A DNA stretch of 64,000 nucleotides, from contig NC_087251.1 of NCBI RefSeq assembly GCF_037042905.1, positions 17,176,001-17,240,000 of the forward strand, in the 5' to 3' direction. This stretch comes from Lytechinus pictus (Eukaryota). Under the pieces are notes generated by a model. That model did no database searches and was not told the DNA's origin. It was given only the letters and a program-made list of their open reading frames with translations. A program made the translations under genes and the position numbers. Numbering within the stretch: position 1 is the stretch's first letter; each line of letters starts with the position of its first letter. Shown here piece after piece: positions 38,903-51,265 of the stretch.

Positions 38903-40198
38903 TTGGGTGTATTTTAGGGGGTTACAGGGGGTACAAAAATCACCCCATCAAAATGTATTACAGATGATTTGGAAACCTGTGGTCCCATAGTGTGATCAGC
39001 AAATGTAGTTGAATTTCAAATTCCCAGTTCTATCTATGGAGAATTGACAGAACAGTGAACTATCCAATGCTTTATTTGCTACATCAAAAGTTCCCCCCTC
39101 AAATAAGGGATTTTTAAATCCTAATAATCACTAGTAGATGCTTGTTAAGCGCTTCCCCCGACACTCCACTGGCTCTGAGGGGTCCTTTTCTTGATGAGAT
39201 TGAGAGAGTTCATGTAGGTTCCTCCATGGATAGAGGCATTCTAGTATTATTCACTACATGCTGCCCTCTGTTGCTGAAAAAAATACACTTGGATTGCATA
39301 ATGTCTGCCAGTTCTCTCTGGGATTCGGAGGGGAAGAACAGATAAATCTTGCAAACACATCTTGCAAACATACCTATGCACAGAGCAGGAATCTTGACAC
39401 TTCATTGAAGAATATTTTCAATAATCACAAACTACTAAAAAGGATGAATCATGGGCTTTCTACTACAGCTGCTTGGATATGACATCACAAAAAAGCTTTG
39501 AAAAGTCACTACTCAATCTTTTTTTATAGATTTTCATCACTACCTCTGACACGACATTTCTCGTTTTTATTTAAAAAAAAACAAGTTCTGAAATCATCAT
39601 GATGGAATACCCTCTTTAAAGCCTCTCTAGAGCTTTGGTAATGGATCAGTAATGTGAACTATACTAGAGTATCATTGAACATTACAATTATCAAAAATCG
39701 TCCCTGAATGCAATTTTTACCCATTAGAATTTAATGACACTTATCCAGCAGTTAAGATTTAAATTTAAATATAGCACCTCTCTCAATAATCTATTTTTAT
39801 TCAAAATAGCCATCTCAGCAGTATATTAAAGATTATATCCTGAAATTCTCAGCCCACTTCATGCTCGGGAACACGTTTTTTAATATAAAATCAATAAATT
39901 TATGAAATAAAACACATTTTTAGTTTATATACTAGTAGCTCACACCACAACTGTTTTGGGGCACATGCATTTATACACTAAAAAAACCAATGAAATGGAA
40001 TAGTAACAAACCCTTTGGGGGATTCATCAACAGTAAAGATGACTTTAACCTTTGGATTTAAATGAAAGATGCAAATAGAAAAACACGAACGGTGAAAGTC
40101 TAAAGGAAATTAGACTAACAATATAGTTAGTGCTGATTGAAAAACGATATCATCAAGATCATAATAATCTCAAATCAGAAATTTGGTAACTTTGTGAC

Positions 40199-42360
40199 GG
40201 GATCAGGACAACTACCCACCGGACAATTACCCCCTGGACAACTACCCCCGGACAATTACCCCCTGAGGACAATTACCCCCGAGGACAATTACCCCCGAGG
40301 ACAATTACCCGAGGACAATTACCCCCGGACAACTACCCCCCCCGGACAATTACCCCCCCCCGGACAACTACCCCCCGGACAATTACCCCCCTGGACAATT
40401 ACCCCCAGGACAAGTACCCCCGAGGACAATTACCTCCTGACAATTAACCCCGAGGACAATTACCACCAGGAACAATTAAACCCAAAATAAATATTAAAAT
40501 CAGATCAGTTGGAATCAGAGATATTCAGCATTTGTGATTATTATGACTAATTGTGTTCAATTGTTCTATGAAAACTTAGTATGAGGGCCAGGGGAGCGTT
40601 TCATCAACATTTTTGTCCGACATGTTGTCAGATCTGACATCTTTCCTTGATTTTGATTGGCTGATAAGCAATGTTACTATGGTAACTGTCGGATAAAATA
40701 GGACTTGTCGGATAAAACGTCTGACAAGTCCTTTCATGAAACGCTCCCCAGTTTACACATTTTCTGATGTATATATGCATAGCCAAACGGGAGGTTTCGG
40801 GTTGCAACCCCCCCCCAAATTTTTCATGATGCAGATGGCGCCGCTAAACAAAACAAAAAAAGGAAAAAAGAAAAAAGTGAGAGAACAGGAGAGAGAACAG
40901 GAGAAAGAGCAATATAAAGAGAAAGAAAAAGTTATTAACGTAAGATAAAGTAGAAAATATTTCGAGAACCTGTGCCACTGACCAAAACTTACAATGCGTA
41001 CCGCTTAATATTAACATTGATGCTGGAGAGAAGGGGGATTTTTTGGGGGTAATTGTCCAGGGGGTAATTGTCCTTGGGGGTAATTGTCCGGGGGGGGGGG
41101 GGGGTAATTGTCCTCGGGGGTTATTGTCCAGGGGTAATTGTCCAGGGGATAACTGTCCTCGGGGGTTATTGTGCGGGGGGTAATTGTCCAGGGGCTTATT
41201 GTCCTCGGGAGTAATTGTCCGGGGGGTAATTGTCCGGGGGGTAATTGTCCAGGGGGTAATTGTCCGGGGGGTAATTGTCCTTGGGGGGTAATTGTCCTTG
41301 GGGGTAATTGTCCGGGGGGGGGGGGGTAATTGTCCTCGGGGGTTATTGTCCAGGGGATAACTGCCCTCGGGAGTTATTGTGCGGGGGGTAATTGTCCAGG
41401 GGGTTATTGTCCTCGGGAGTAATTGTCCGGGGGGAAATTGTCCGGGAGGAAATTGTCCAGGGGGTAATTGTCCGGGGAGTAGTTGTCCGGGGGGTAATTG
41501 TCTAGGGGGTAGTTGTCCGGGGGGTAACTTTCCTCGGGGGTTATTGTCCGGGAGGTTATTGTCCGGGGGTTAGTTGTCCGGGGGGTAGTTGTCCGGGGGG
41601 TAATTGTCCGGGGGGGGGGGGGGGGTAATTGTCCTGGGGGTAATTGTCCGGGGGGAAATTGTCCGGGAGGAAATTGTCCAGGGGGTAATTGTCCGGGGAG
41701 TAGTTGTCCGGGGGGTAATTGTCTAGGGGGTAGTTGTCCGGGGGGTAACTTTCCTCGGGGGTTATTGTCCGGGAGGTTATTGTCCGGGGGTTAGTTGTCC
41801 GGGGGGTAGTTGTCCGGGGGGTAATTGTCCGGGGGGGGGGGGGGGGGGGGGGTAATTGTCCTGGGGGTAATTGTCCGGGGGGTAATTGTCCAGGGGGTAG
41901 TTGTCCGGGGGTAATTGTCCGGGGGGTAATTGTCCAGGGGGTAATTGTCCGGGGGCTAATTGTCCGGGGGGTTATTGTCCAGGGGGTAATTGTCCAGGGG
42001 GTAATTGTCCGGGGGGTAATTGTCCGGGGGGTAATTGTCCGGGGGGTAGTTGTCCGGGGGAGTAATTGTCCGGGGGGTAATTGTCCAGGGGGTAATTGTC
42101 CTCGGGAGTAATTGTCCGGGGGGGTAATTGTCCTGGGGGGGGGGTAATTGTCCGGGGGTAGTTGTCCGGGGGGTAGTTGTCCGGGGGGTAATTGTCCGGG
42201 GGGTAATTGTCCGGGCGGTAATTGTCCTTGGGGTGTAATTGTCCTTGGGGGGTAATTGTCCAGGGGGTAGTTGTCCGGGGGGGTAATTGTCCTCGGGGGG
42301 TAATTGTCCGGGGGTAGTTGTCCGGGAGGTTATAGTCCGGGGGTAATTGTCCTAGAACCC
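40199..42360. mobile_element. Foldback (TU/Puppy-like) element with inverted arms of ~15-bp tandem repeats
   Basis: (GGACAATTACCCCCC)n at ~40206-40480 and its reverse complement at ~41045-42352. TTTGTGAC is duplicated at 40191-40198 and 42361-42368. Confidence 0.88.
40591..40750. mobile_element. Short palindromic MITE nested in the foldback element
   Basis: GGGGAGCGTTTCAT ... ATGAAACGCTCCCC. Confidence 0.85.
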
Positions 42361-43993
42361 TTTGTGACCATAGGTCATAGGGACTACTTATCCGTCATGT
42401 ACTAAAAAATCTTGAAAGCATTATACTACACACACGGAATTTGCAATGTCATGAATCTCGTCGTCAATATTCGTGATTTGGTCTATATATTTGCGATGTC
42501 CCTTCAAGCCACCATAGTTTATAAGTAAATTTTTGTAATAGTTAGGAAAAATTTACCCTTCATTAACTCAGTTTCAAATGACTAAAATTACTCATATTTA
42601 CAATTTCTTATAATCTTATCAGCTCTTTTACAAGAATTACTGTGAATCTGTATTATTTTTTCTTTTTTATTTACAAACCTCTAGTAAACCCATGCATTTC
42701 AGCCATTGGATGCCATATGTGTAATTTCAGAAAGAAATAAACCATGGATATAAATTTCAAACATTCATCATCACAATTTCCCATTTTATAACAAAATTTC
42801 TGAGAAGTAAACAATGGAAAATGAACATTCTGAAGTAAGCTTTACAACAGAAATTTTAAAAATTCTTTTTTTGGGCAATTTATTTTTATTTTTGATTTCA
42901 AGCCAAGTCTTATTCAAACAACATGTAATCAATTGTTCACTATTAAGCACAATACCCGGAGTCTCAAACATTTTTGTCCATTGTCTATACTTTTGATGAA
43001 ATATGCTATTTTGTTTTGCTTGATTTGATTGAAATGATAAAATCTTCAAATAGCAGACAAATGGCTGTATCACACATTACTGTTATCATCACAAGCTGTT
43101 ATTTTTGCATACACATTTGTTTTTGCACAGCAGTTAAGATCAGGAAAATGGTACACATTCCTTGCAGAAATGTGGGGGGGGGGTCTTTTTATTATTTGTC
43201 AACCATTCACTTTGACTATTTTTGCCATCATAAATGTTCTTTATTTTTCTGTGTGTCTCATTAATCCAGAGTTTTTAATACCATATTAAAATACTCCTCA
43301 TTAGGTGGTTTCAAACCGCCTTGATCACAAGAATCCCTGTTGAATTATGGGAAGTTTTTCAGGCTAAAAAATAGCTGTGAAATATTCCCCATTCACACCA
43401 CCCCGTAACAGTTACGAGCATGCACACTATGCACACTATGGTCTGATAAGTAAGCAAGGCACAAGATTCAAAATCACTAGCTCAGCAGCCACCCACGGCA
43501 TCCGTGCCCAACTACACGCTGGGCTTTAAGTTCCCAGAATTTGCTTTCACACTGCCAAAACGGATTTGAAAGTGAGCTGCTGGCCATGCAAAAAATCATA
43601 AATAGATGGTTATTTTTATGTTTCTATACAGTTTTGGAAAAAAGTGCCCTCGTCTCTGCAGACCCTGCAAAATACCTGTGACCTTAGAAAAATCCCCATG
43701 AAAGTTCTCATAATTTTGACAAGTACAAAAGTAATATTATGTCAACTGTTTATTGTGCCTTTAATACTTGATAATACAAATCAAATGCAATATACAATAA
43801 TATAATAATTATTAGTCATTGATAAATTATGTAAATTAAGTTATACTTATGATAAAACACAATAAAATAAGCAATTATTTCATTAGATAGATGGAGGAAT
43901 ACAGAGGATGAAGGAGACTAAAAGAAAAGGAATGGGAGAGAAAGAGAGAAGGATACCCTTTCATGTATTCCCTCTCAAATATATAGTCTCTCA

Positions 43994-44161
43994 GGGCCGT
44001 TTCATAAAGCTGTTTGTAAGTTAAGAGCAACTTTAAGAACGACTGGTGAACCTTTCTTACGCACTTAACCATCACCAGTGAATATACCATTTACCACAAG
44101 AAAGGATCACCAGTCATTCTTAAAGTCACTCTTAACTTACGAACAGCTTTATGAAACACCC
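43994..44161. mobile_element. Short palindromic MITE
   Basis: GTTTCATAAAGCTGTTTGTAAGTTAAGAG ... CTCTTAACTTACGAACAGCTTTATGAAAC. Confidence 0.85.
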
Positions 44162-44199
44162 ACCACTGAATGAAAATCAGAGTGGGATTCTGCAATAAA

Positions 44200-44460
44200 A
44201 AGAGGTGACATGACAAGAGTACAAATATCTCTATGGTTATATGATACAATATCTGAACTTTTCTGTCTGAGAAATACTAGGAAAACATGTCCATGTGGTA
44301 ATTCCTCAGAGCTTGAGAAAAGTTTTTCATGTCTTGATGTGCCTAAAATTTTCTTTGCCAACAGATTGATAGATGTGTGGAACAGTCTCCCAGAAGAAGT
44401 CGTTACTGCTCGATCAGTGAATGCATTCAAGAATAGACTTCATAAAGCATGATTTTCAAG
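44200..44460 (+). mobile_element. CR1-type LINE ORF2 C-terminal remnant
   Basis: FFANRLIDVWNSLPEEVVTARSVNAFKNRL matches the CR1 C-terminal pattern FFSxRVVxxWNxLPxxVVxAxSxxxFKxRLD. Confidence 0.8.
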
Positions 44461-45910
44461 TGTATTGCTTTTGCTGTCCATGATACCACTGTCGTCCCTC
44501 CCTGCCAACGCAAGTAGTGCGTCTGTGTATTTTTATCTGAAGGAGAGCAGCAATCCCCTACGGAAATGTAAGCGTGCTGCATGCTAGTAACTAGTTAGCA
44601 ACTAGCTGGTGGCCTGCTTAATATAGCTGGTGGCTTGCTTTATATAGCTGGTGGCCCGCTTAATATAGCTGGTAGTCCGCCAAATGAGTGATTTTAAGCT
44701 AGCAAACAGTACATGCTCACTAAAAGATCGCTTGATTTTTTTTCTCTGCATGCCTATTAACAAGCTTATTAAGCTCGTTACTAGCTAGCCGCAAGCTAGC
44801 GACTAGCATGCGGCTAGCTTGAAATTTGTGTGAGGGATCTCTAATTTGATCGATGAACAGGCATAGTCTTACTACATCCTTTGAGTAAAGTAAAGTAAGT
44901 AAAATAAATGATGTTTGTGAATTTAGAAACAGTCTGCACTGATGTCTGCCAATAGTGCCTAGAATCATGGACCTATATTTAGAGACCTGTTTGTGTAGAA
45001 CTATGGCTTATTTAGAATATTGGCTAAGTAAAAAAAGTACTATTTGAAAAGGATAATATGCGCAAAGTGCTGACACTATTTTATGTGCTGGAGATAATCC
45101 ATGGCTTCACAGTATGTGACCTCGAATTCTTGGTGTAACATGAAATGGTAGAAAATGAACCTTTTGTATAACCAAATGAATTTTTGGTATCCTTGTTAAA
45201 CTTTGAAACTATTTGAATTCACTGATGTGCGCAATAGATGAAAGAGGGCATAATAAACAATGAGGTTTCATTTTTACTTTCAGTTTAAATTGTAATAAAA
45301 GGGCAATCCAGGCTGACTGAAAAATATATATCTAAACAAAATACAGTAAAATTCACTGAGGAAAACGTCAGAGATATTCTAAGGGATAGGGCCAGAAATC
45401 ACAGATGAATGCAAAATGTCTGGCGAACCATGAAATAAAGCCATCCAATATAATAATTATCTATTCCCCAAAAGTAAAGTTATTAAGTAAATTGTGTTAT
45501 ATATCATCATCAGTTAATATAGCCCCACTTAATAAAACAGTCTTGATCAGAGTAATGAGTGTAACATATAGCAATTCAGTAATTTTTCTAGTGATTTTTA
45601 GTTTTATAAAGAAGCTTATTAGATATACATCAGATTTTGGTGCTTTGTGCAATCCAGGGGAGGGGGGGTCACTGCCTCTGAAGAGTGGACAACATCTGCA
45701 ACAACAACAACAAAAAAACACAGAAAAAGGGGTGTTTATTGCGAGTAGGTGCGGAATGTGAATAGAGGGTAAAAAAGGCAAAAAAATGAAGAAAAAAAAG
45801 CCCCCTAAATCATGATGGTCTAAACCTTGAAGACCAAAATACAGATCTAATGCAACTTCAAAACACCCTATACAGATAATGATTATTTGAACTCAATATC
45901 AAGAATTTAC

Positions 45911-46085
45911 CAGTTGACCTTGATCTTGACAAATCGGTGCAGTTTAATAGCTGTTCATTACTTGACACGATTAAACATGATTCAATGTTTCCAGCAGAAC
46001 TCAGGCTTTTCTTTTCAACTAGACATTGGTCCTCATCACCTTCAAAGTCACCACAGCAACATAGCAAACCAGATCTGGCTACCAT
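45911..46085 (-). CDS. SYT14/16: Candidate alternative first coding exon V2 (MVARSGLLCCCGDFEGDEDQCLV...SRST)
   Basis: ATCATGG start with an in-frame TGA 9 nt upstream; CCC cluster; ends ACT G|GTAAAT, a phase-1 donor (175 nt = 58x3+1). Confidence 0.62.
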
Positions 46086-47653
46086 GATGGTTCAGCCAAG
46101 AATCCTCAAGAATCATAAAAGTTGAAGGAAACTAGTATCATGAAGCAAATAGATTCATTCAACAAGTTGACCACTTGATTTTCAAAAAGACTCAACTCCC
46201 ATTGCTTGATAAAGTTTCAAATCACATCAATCCAAAGAAATCCAAGAAAGTAAATATCCAGTGTGCTTTTGGTGATATGCAGCACCCACATATAAGCTTT
46301 CTGTACATAACCAAACTAGCTTTAGAGAACTTCAATTCTCCATGATGACTCTTTTCAAGGGATTCTTCTGATCAGCAGAAATTTAGATCTTGACTCACTT
46401 GAAACTCTCCTCAAATTGTACTCCAATTTCAATATCCAATAGCTTTGTGTAACTGCTATAAATTCACAGAGAATGACCCACACTAAAATCTGTACATTAC
46501 CAAGAAAATCAGGTGGCCCTCTTATTCTATTGCAGAATCTCTGTCATTGATGTGCAGGTAACACAAGACTATTATTCAATCAACAATGAAGTACCAGTGT
46601 ATTGTAATGATGCCAGCAACTTTTTTAGGCCCCCATTCAGTTACATAATAGTATAGAACATGAATTAAACCTACCAACACTTGCTTCGTTCAGTCGTGGA
46701 TTCCTAGTTGGAATAAAATTTCATTAAGCAGGGTTAAAATTCCATAGATTTTTATCTCATCACGACCCATTGTTACGGGAGAAACTCCGACTAGTTAATC
46801 ATGACCTTCTTAGGGGCCATCATGAGGGGTCAGAGTAATTTCTAGAAGTGGTCACGGGAGAAACTCCGACTAGTTAATCATGACCTTCTTAGGGGCCATC
46901 ATGAGGGGCCAGAGTAATTTCTAGAAGTGGTAGCGCCATGTATGTAACTCTTCCGATGTTCCGCATGATATCTGTAATTTAGTATAGAGAACTAGACCGA
47001 GGAAGTTTTAAACAAGGTCGTAAGGAAGGTCGTAAGGTAGGTCATAGATAGATACTCCCGAGTTCAGCTGGTACGCACGCCCATGGGCAATTTACTCCGA
47101 TCGGCTATTCATGATTACGAGATACTCCTGTAAACAAGTGGACTTCACCTCTGGCGGTCTCGTCTGCATCATAGCAGCAGTGCTACTGAATTTGAAAATA
47201 ACTAAAAGTGAACTATTGACGAAAAAAACATTATTCATGTGGTAATAAAATACCAGGTTGATTGACCCTAACTCTTTGCAAGCTGAATTAATTTTTGGGG
47301 GATAATGATGACAAACGTTTCCATGTTATTTTCTTTGATTCAAGATTTCCATATTGCACCATTGATACTTATTATCATTGTACAGAAGTTGTGCATGAAC
47401 TATTGCCTTTTATTAGCTTATCTAATTTGAATGTAGGGGAGAAATTTAAATAGTACGATACATGTTGAATTTAATTGTAAGAATGTGCAAGATTGCAACA
47501 TATCAGCGTGCAAAGGGCTAAAAGTCCTATATGAGCTAAGACTTGATTACTTTTGTTTCAAAGTTTCATGAACTAGATCCATAAACTTTTCTTAAAAGTT
47601 TTGATGGCATTTCCATAAATACCCCCAAATGGACAAAGTTCATTTGCTCTAAA

Positions 47654-48403
47654 CAGGGGTGGCAAATCATAGTTGAAAGTGGGGGGCACAGGGGAAAAGG
47701 GGCACCTTTTCTTTTGAAAAGGGCACTATCTCAAAAAAAAGAAAAATGATCTAGTAGCGTAATGGGCCAAAATTTTGAGGGGGCTAGATATGTCTTATCA
47801 CGTTAATTTATAAGAAGTTTCGAGCGAGCCAAAATTTTGACATTTTTATAACGAAAATCAAATTTTGTGATAGATTTTGACAATATTCAGAAAATAATAT
47901 TATATTTCACCCTTCTCTCTTTCCTTTTCTTTTTCTCGGTCATGAAAAATTTATATTATATCTACCCCACTCACATGACTCATGAAGCTTGAGACACATA
48001 GGATTATCCTTTCAAGTTTTGTAGTACTTTAGCATATGAAAATGAGAATATTGTTTTCTGTTTCAAAGGGGCACTCGTTAACACATAAAATGGGTCCTTC
48101 TCAGGTGAAAGGGGCACACAACGCATTCGTGTGGGGCACTTTTCTTGGGTAAAAAGGGGAACTGATACGAGATAGGGAACTTACAAGAACATGTTCGCGA
48201 GGGGGTATTTTTGCTTTAAAAATTGGCATTTACACGAGAAAGGGCACTTGGTAACACCTAAAATGGGTCATCCTCAAGTGAAAGGGGCACAGTACACATT
48301 CGTGAAGGGGGCATTTTTTTGCGTAAAAAGGGCACTTTTTCAGTGCTTCAAAAAGTGGGGGGGGGGCACTGTGCACCCCGGCTACCAAGGAACATCGCCC
48401 CAG
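47654..48403. mobile_element. hAT-like MITE with an 8-bp TSD
   Basis: GCTCTAAA|CAGGGGTG ... CGCCCCAG|GCCCTAAA; many AAGGGGCAC subterminal motifs. Confidence 0.7.
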
Positions 48404-48641
48404 GCCCTAAATGATCTTTGGCCTTAAAAATGTGACCTGAAACTCAAGCAAGGTGATCAGTGATACTTGATTACTCTTATGTCTAAGTTTCATGAACTAC
48501 CTTGGTTAAGATTTTGATTTTGGTTCCCAAACATGGTGAAAAGTTCATTGACCCTAAATGACCTTTCAACTTAGTATGTTTAGTATCATGAAATAGGTTC
48601 ATATACTTTCTAAGTTATGATGAAAGTTCTTTTAAACTTAA

Positions 48642-51265
48642 CTCTTACTCTGCCAGGCCCAATACCCCTCTACTGCCAGGGATATTCGAGGGAACCCTAA
48701 ATTGACCGAAATGTGAGCAGCGACTGATTTTAAAACGGTCATAATTCTTTACCCGTACGTTGTATAATAAAACCTTCTACACATGAAATGATGCATGGTT
48801 CATGGGCTTTATGGTCGTGTTATTATCTTTCATATTTGCGTTTGGAAAAATGGAGAAAAGATGTAATATTTTACATTGTTTTTTTTTCAATAAGTAAAAC
48901 CTGGAAAATTATGATTTCATGAACATTTCAAAGAGTAAATAACCTGAGGAATTGTAGAGATACCAAGAAATTAAGAAGATAAAATGAAAGTTCAATGTTT
49001 ACCCTTTCAAATGACGTATCTATTAATGAAATTGAACAAAAAGAAATAACGAAAAATAATGCTCTTTTGAATAAAATACTATTTTGCTATTCAAGTTATT
49101 TCCTCTGAAGTACGATAAAGCGACCTGTTCCAAAAAAGGGCATTGTCGCCGATCAAGTGACCAATCACAGCACAGCTGCGATCCCCACGCAAACATACAT
49201 AATAATATATTAGAGCCATGTATCTTCAAAGTGCGGCCAACCGTACCCTTTCATTTGTGTAGTCTTCAAAATAAGACTCTGTAATTTTTTTTTATTCGTA
49301 GTGTAACAAACAAAGTTATTGCCAGTCAGAAGGAGACAAAATATAAAAGAACTAAAGATGATATATTGAAATATATATAGAGGGGTCGGACAGTTTCAAT
49401 ACTTACAAGTTTGGGGTATAAAATCCCACAAAATAATATGGGCGTTCTTGGCAAAGTGCACAGAAGTAAGAAAAAAAGGGTTTATTTTTCGTGAATCAAA
49501 GAAGAGGGAATGCAAATCAGTTACAAACAAAAAAATCAATACAAATTTTCAAAAAGAAAATAGGCCTATTTGTTCTGTATTACTGGTCTGACCAAAGTAG
49601 CCACCTGTTAACATTCTACGTAACTACATTCTTTTGGTCATGCCACCAAGTCATGAACAATAGATGCCCAGACTCTCTTTCATGAGGAATCTCTAATCCG
49701 CGCTCCCTTCTGACCTATTATCTAGGAGAGTAATTTGGCACAGGATGTTCATAGAAATCGGGGCTCACGCGCGTCTTTTGATTTGACATTTGAATACTTT
49801 CAAAGGTTCCGGTATTGATTTCTTATGGGTGACCCAGGTAAAGAGAAAATAATTTTTTATATGCAGAAAAATCCTGCATCCGCCCAGGGCCTCCCCAGCT
49901 CGTAGCACTATCCGTGGTAAAAGAAATAATTTGTTCAGATAACATAGTGTACAATAATATGCGTGGTATAAAGAAATGTAATATTCAACCCGTTATCATC
50001 GTTATCATTTTCATTTCTACTCTCTAAAGTCGTTTTAAAATCCCCTTGATAGTGACGTCAATGATGCAGCAACTAACAGGTCGGTCTGATCGGTTTTGTT
50101 AATGTATCCCTTTCTTTCTTTTCCTCAAAACATCTTGAGACGAATAAAGCGGTATTATCGGCCGTTTTAATTCTCACATGTATTTGTTTTGCTTCTTCCT
50201 ATTTTATTCGAGGAGAATATTGAACGATTCATATTTTTGTGAGAAGTTTGAATATGATATTGATAAGCATAACAATGTCAATCATTCTTTTTTTATGGTT
50301 TGGGCTATAAAAACACCAACGAATATGAACCGTTATTTACCTGATCTTAAGTTTATGAAGAGAGAGTTTGTCTGCAGAAGGAATGCAATTGATATGATTA
50401 CAACAATTATTTTTGAATAATAATCATAATGATGATGATGATTCTGATGGCAATAACATTAATAATAAGAAGGTGAAGGAGAATAATAATGATAATAATA
50501 GCAATAACAATAATGATAATAATGATTACGATAATAGTAATACTAATAATGAAAATAATAATAACAATAATAAATGAATAAATAAATAATGTGTGATGAT
50601 TGCAGTGCGATGAGAGTTGGAAATGACAGCTTTCTTTACTCATATATTTAAACCAAAACAATTTCGTGAAAATGCTAAAAAAACAAAGTATAAGACCTTT
50701 CCCCTACCCCCCAAAAATCTCCCCCAAACCGTGCACATTTGCAGGCAGAAAAAAGCCTTGACACAAGAATACCACCATACCGGCCTGCAAAAGAACCGAT
50801 CGATAGCTCATGAATATTCATAAAACAATAGCGAATGGGCGAGTAGCGTTGGGTGAGAGACATCGTACCGCTCTGTCATTGGTCAATTCTGAGCTGAATG
50901 CCTTCGCACACTCGCCTTTGCTCTGCCCATAGAAGTACGTGTATTGCTACACACAACCTTTATATCACACGTGTCTATAGGGGAAATCTTGATTCAGATC
51001 GCGGCAATATCCGAAATCAACTCTTCAAAATAATGATGCAAAAATGCCATTTTACTCAAAAAATGTCTATGTGAACCACTATTTTTTATGTAACAAAATC
51101 AATTGTGAATTCCTTGCCAATATAACAACATAAAAAACACAGAATATAGTGTTGATTTTCTGGCTGTAAAATTGGTTAAACAAAAAAAAGTTACTTGGGC
51201 AACTATAGCTGCCAGCGGCACTAGAGGGCTATGGGCAACTATAGCTGCCAATGGCTCTTAAAGAG
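48642..51265. mobile_element. 2.6-kb non-autonomous piggyBac-like element (TTAA TSD)
   Basis: AAAC TTAA|CTCTT...AAGAG|TTAA CCTTGG. Removing it restores the AAACTTAACCTxxGTTxAGATT seen intact in the 7974-8932 copy. No transposase ORF. Confidence 0.75.

Noticed and set aside
40137..41573. PGQLP and GGNCP repeat-protein ORFs
   Set aside because: They are translations of the foldback element's 15-bp minisatellite arms.
48642..51265. Autonomous piggyBac transposase
   Set aside because: No long ORF or DDD motif lies inside the element.
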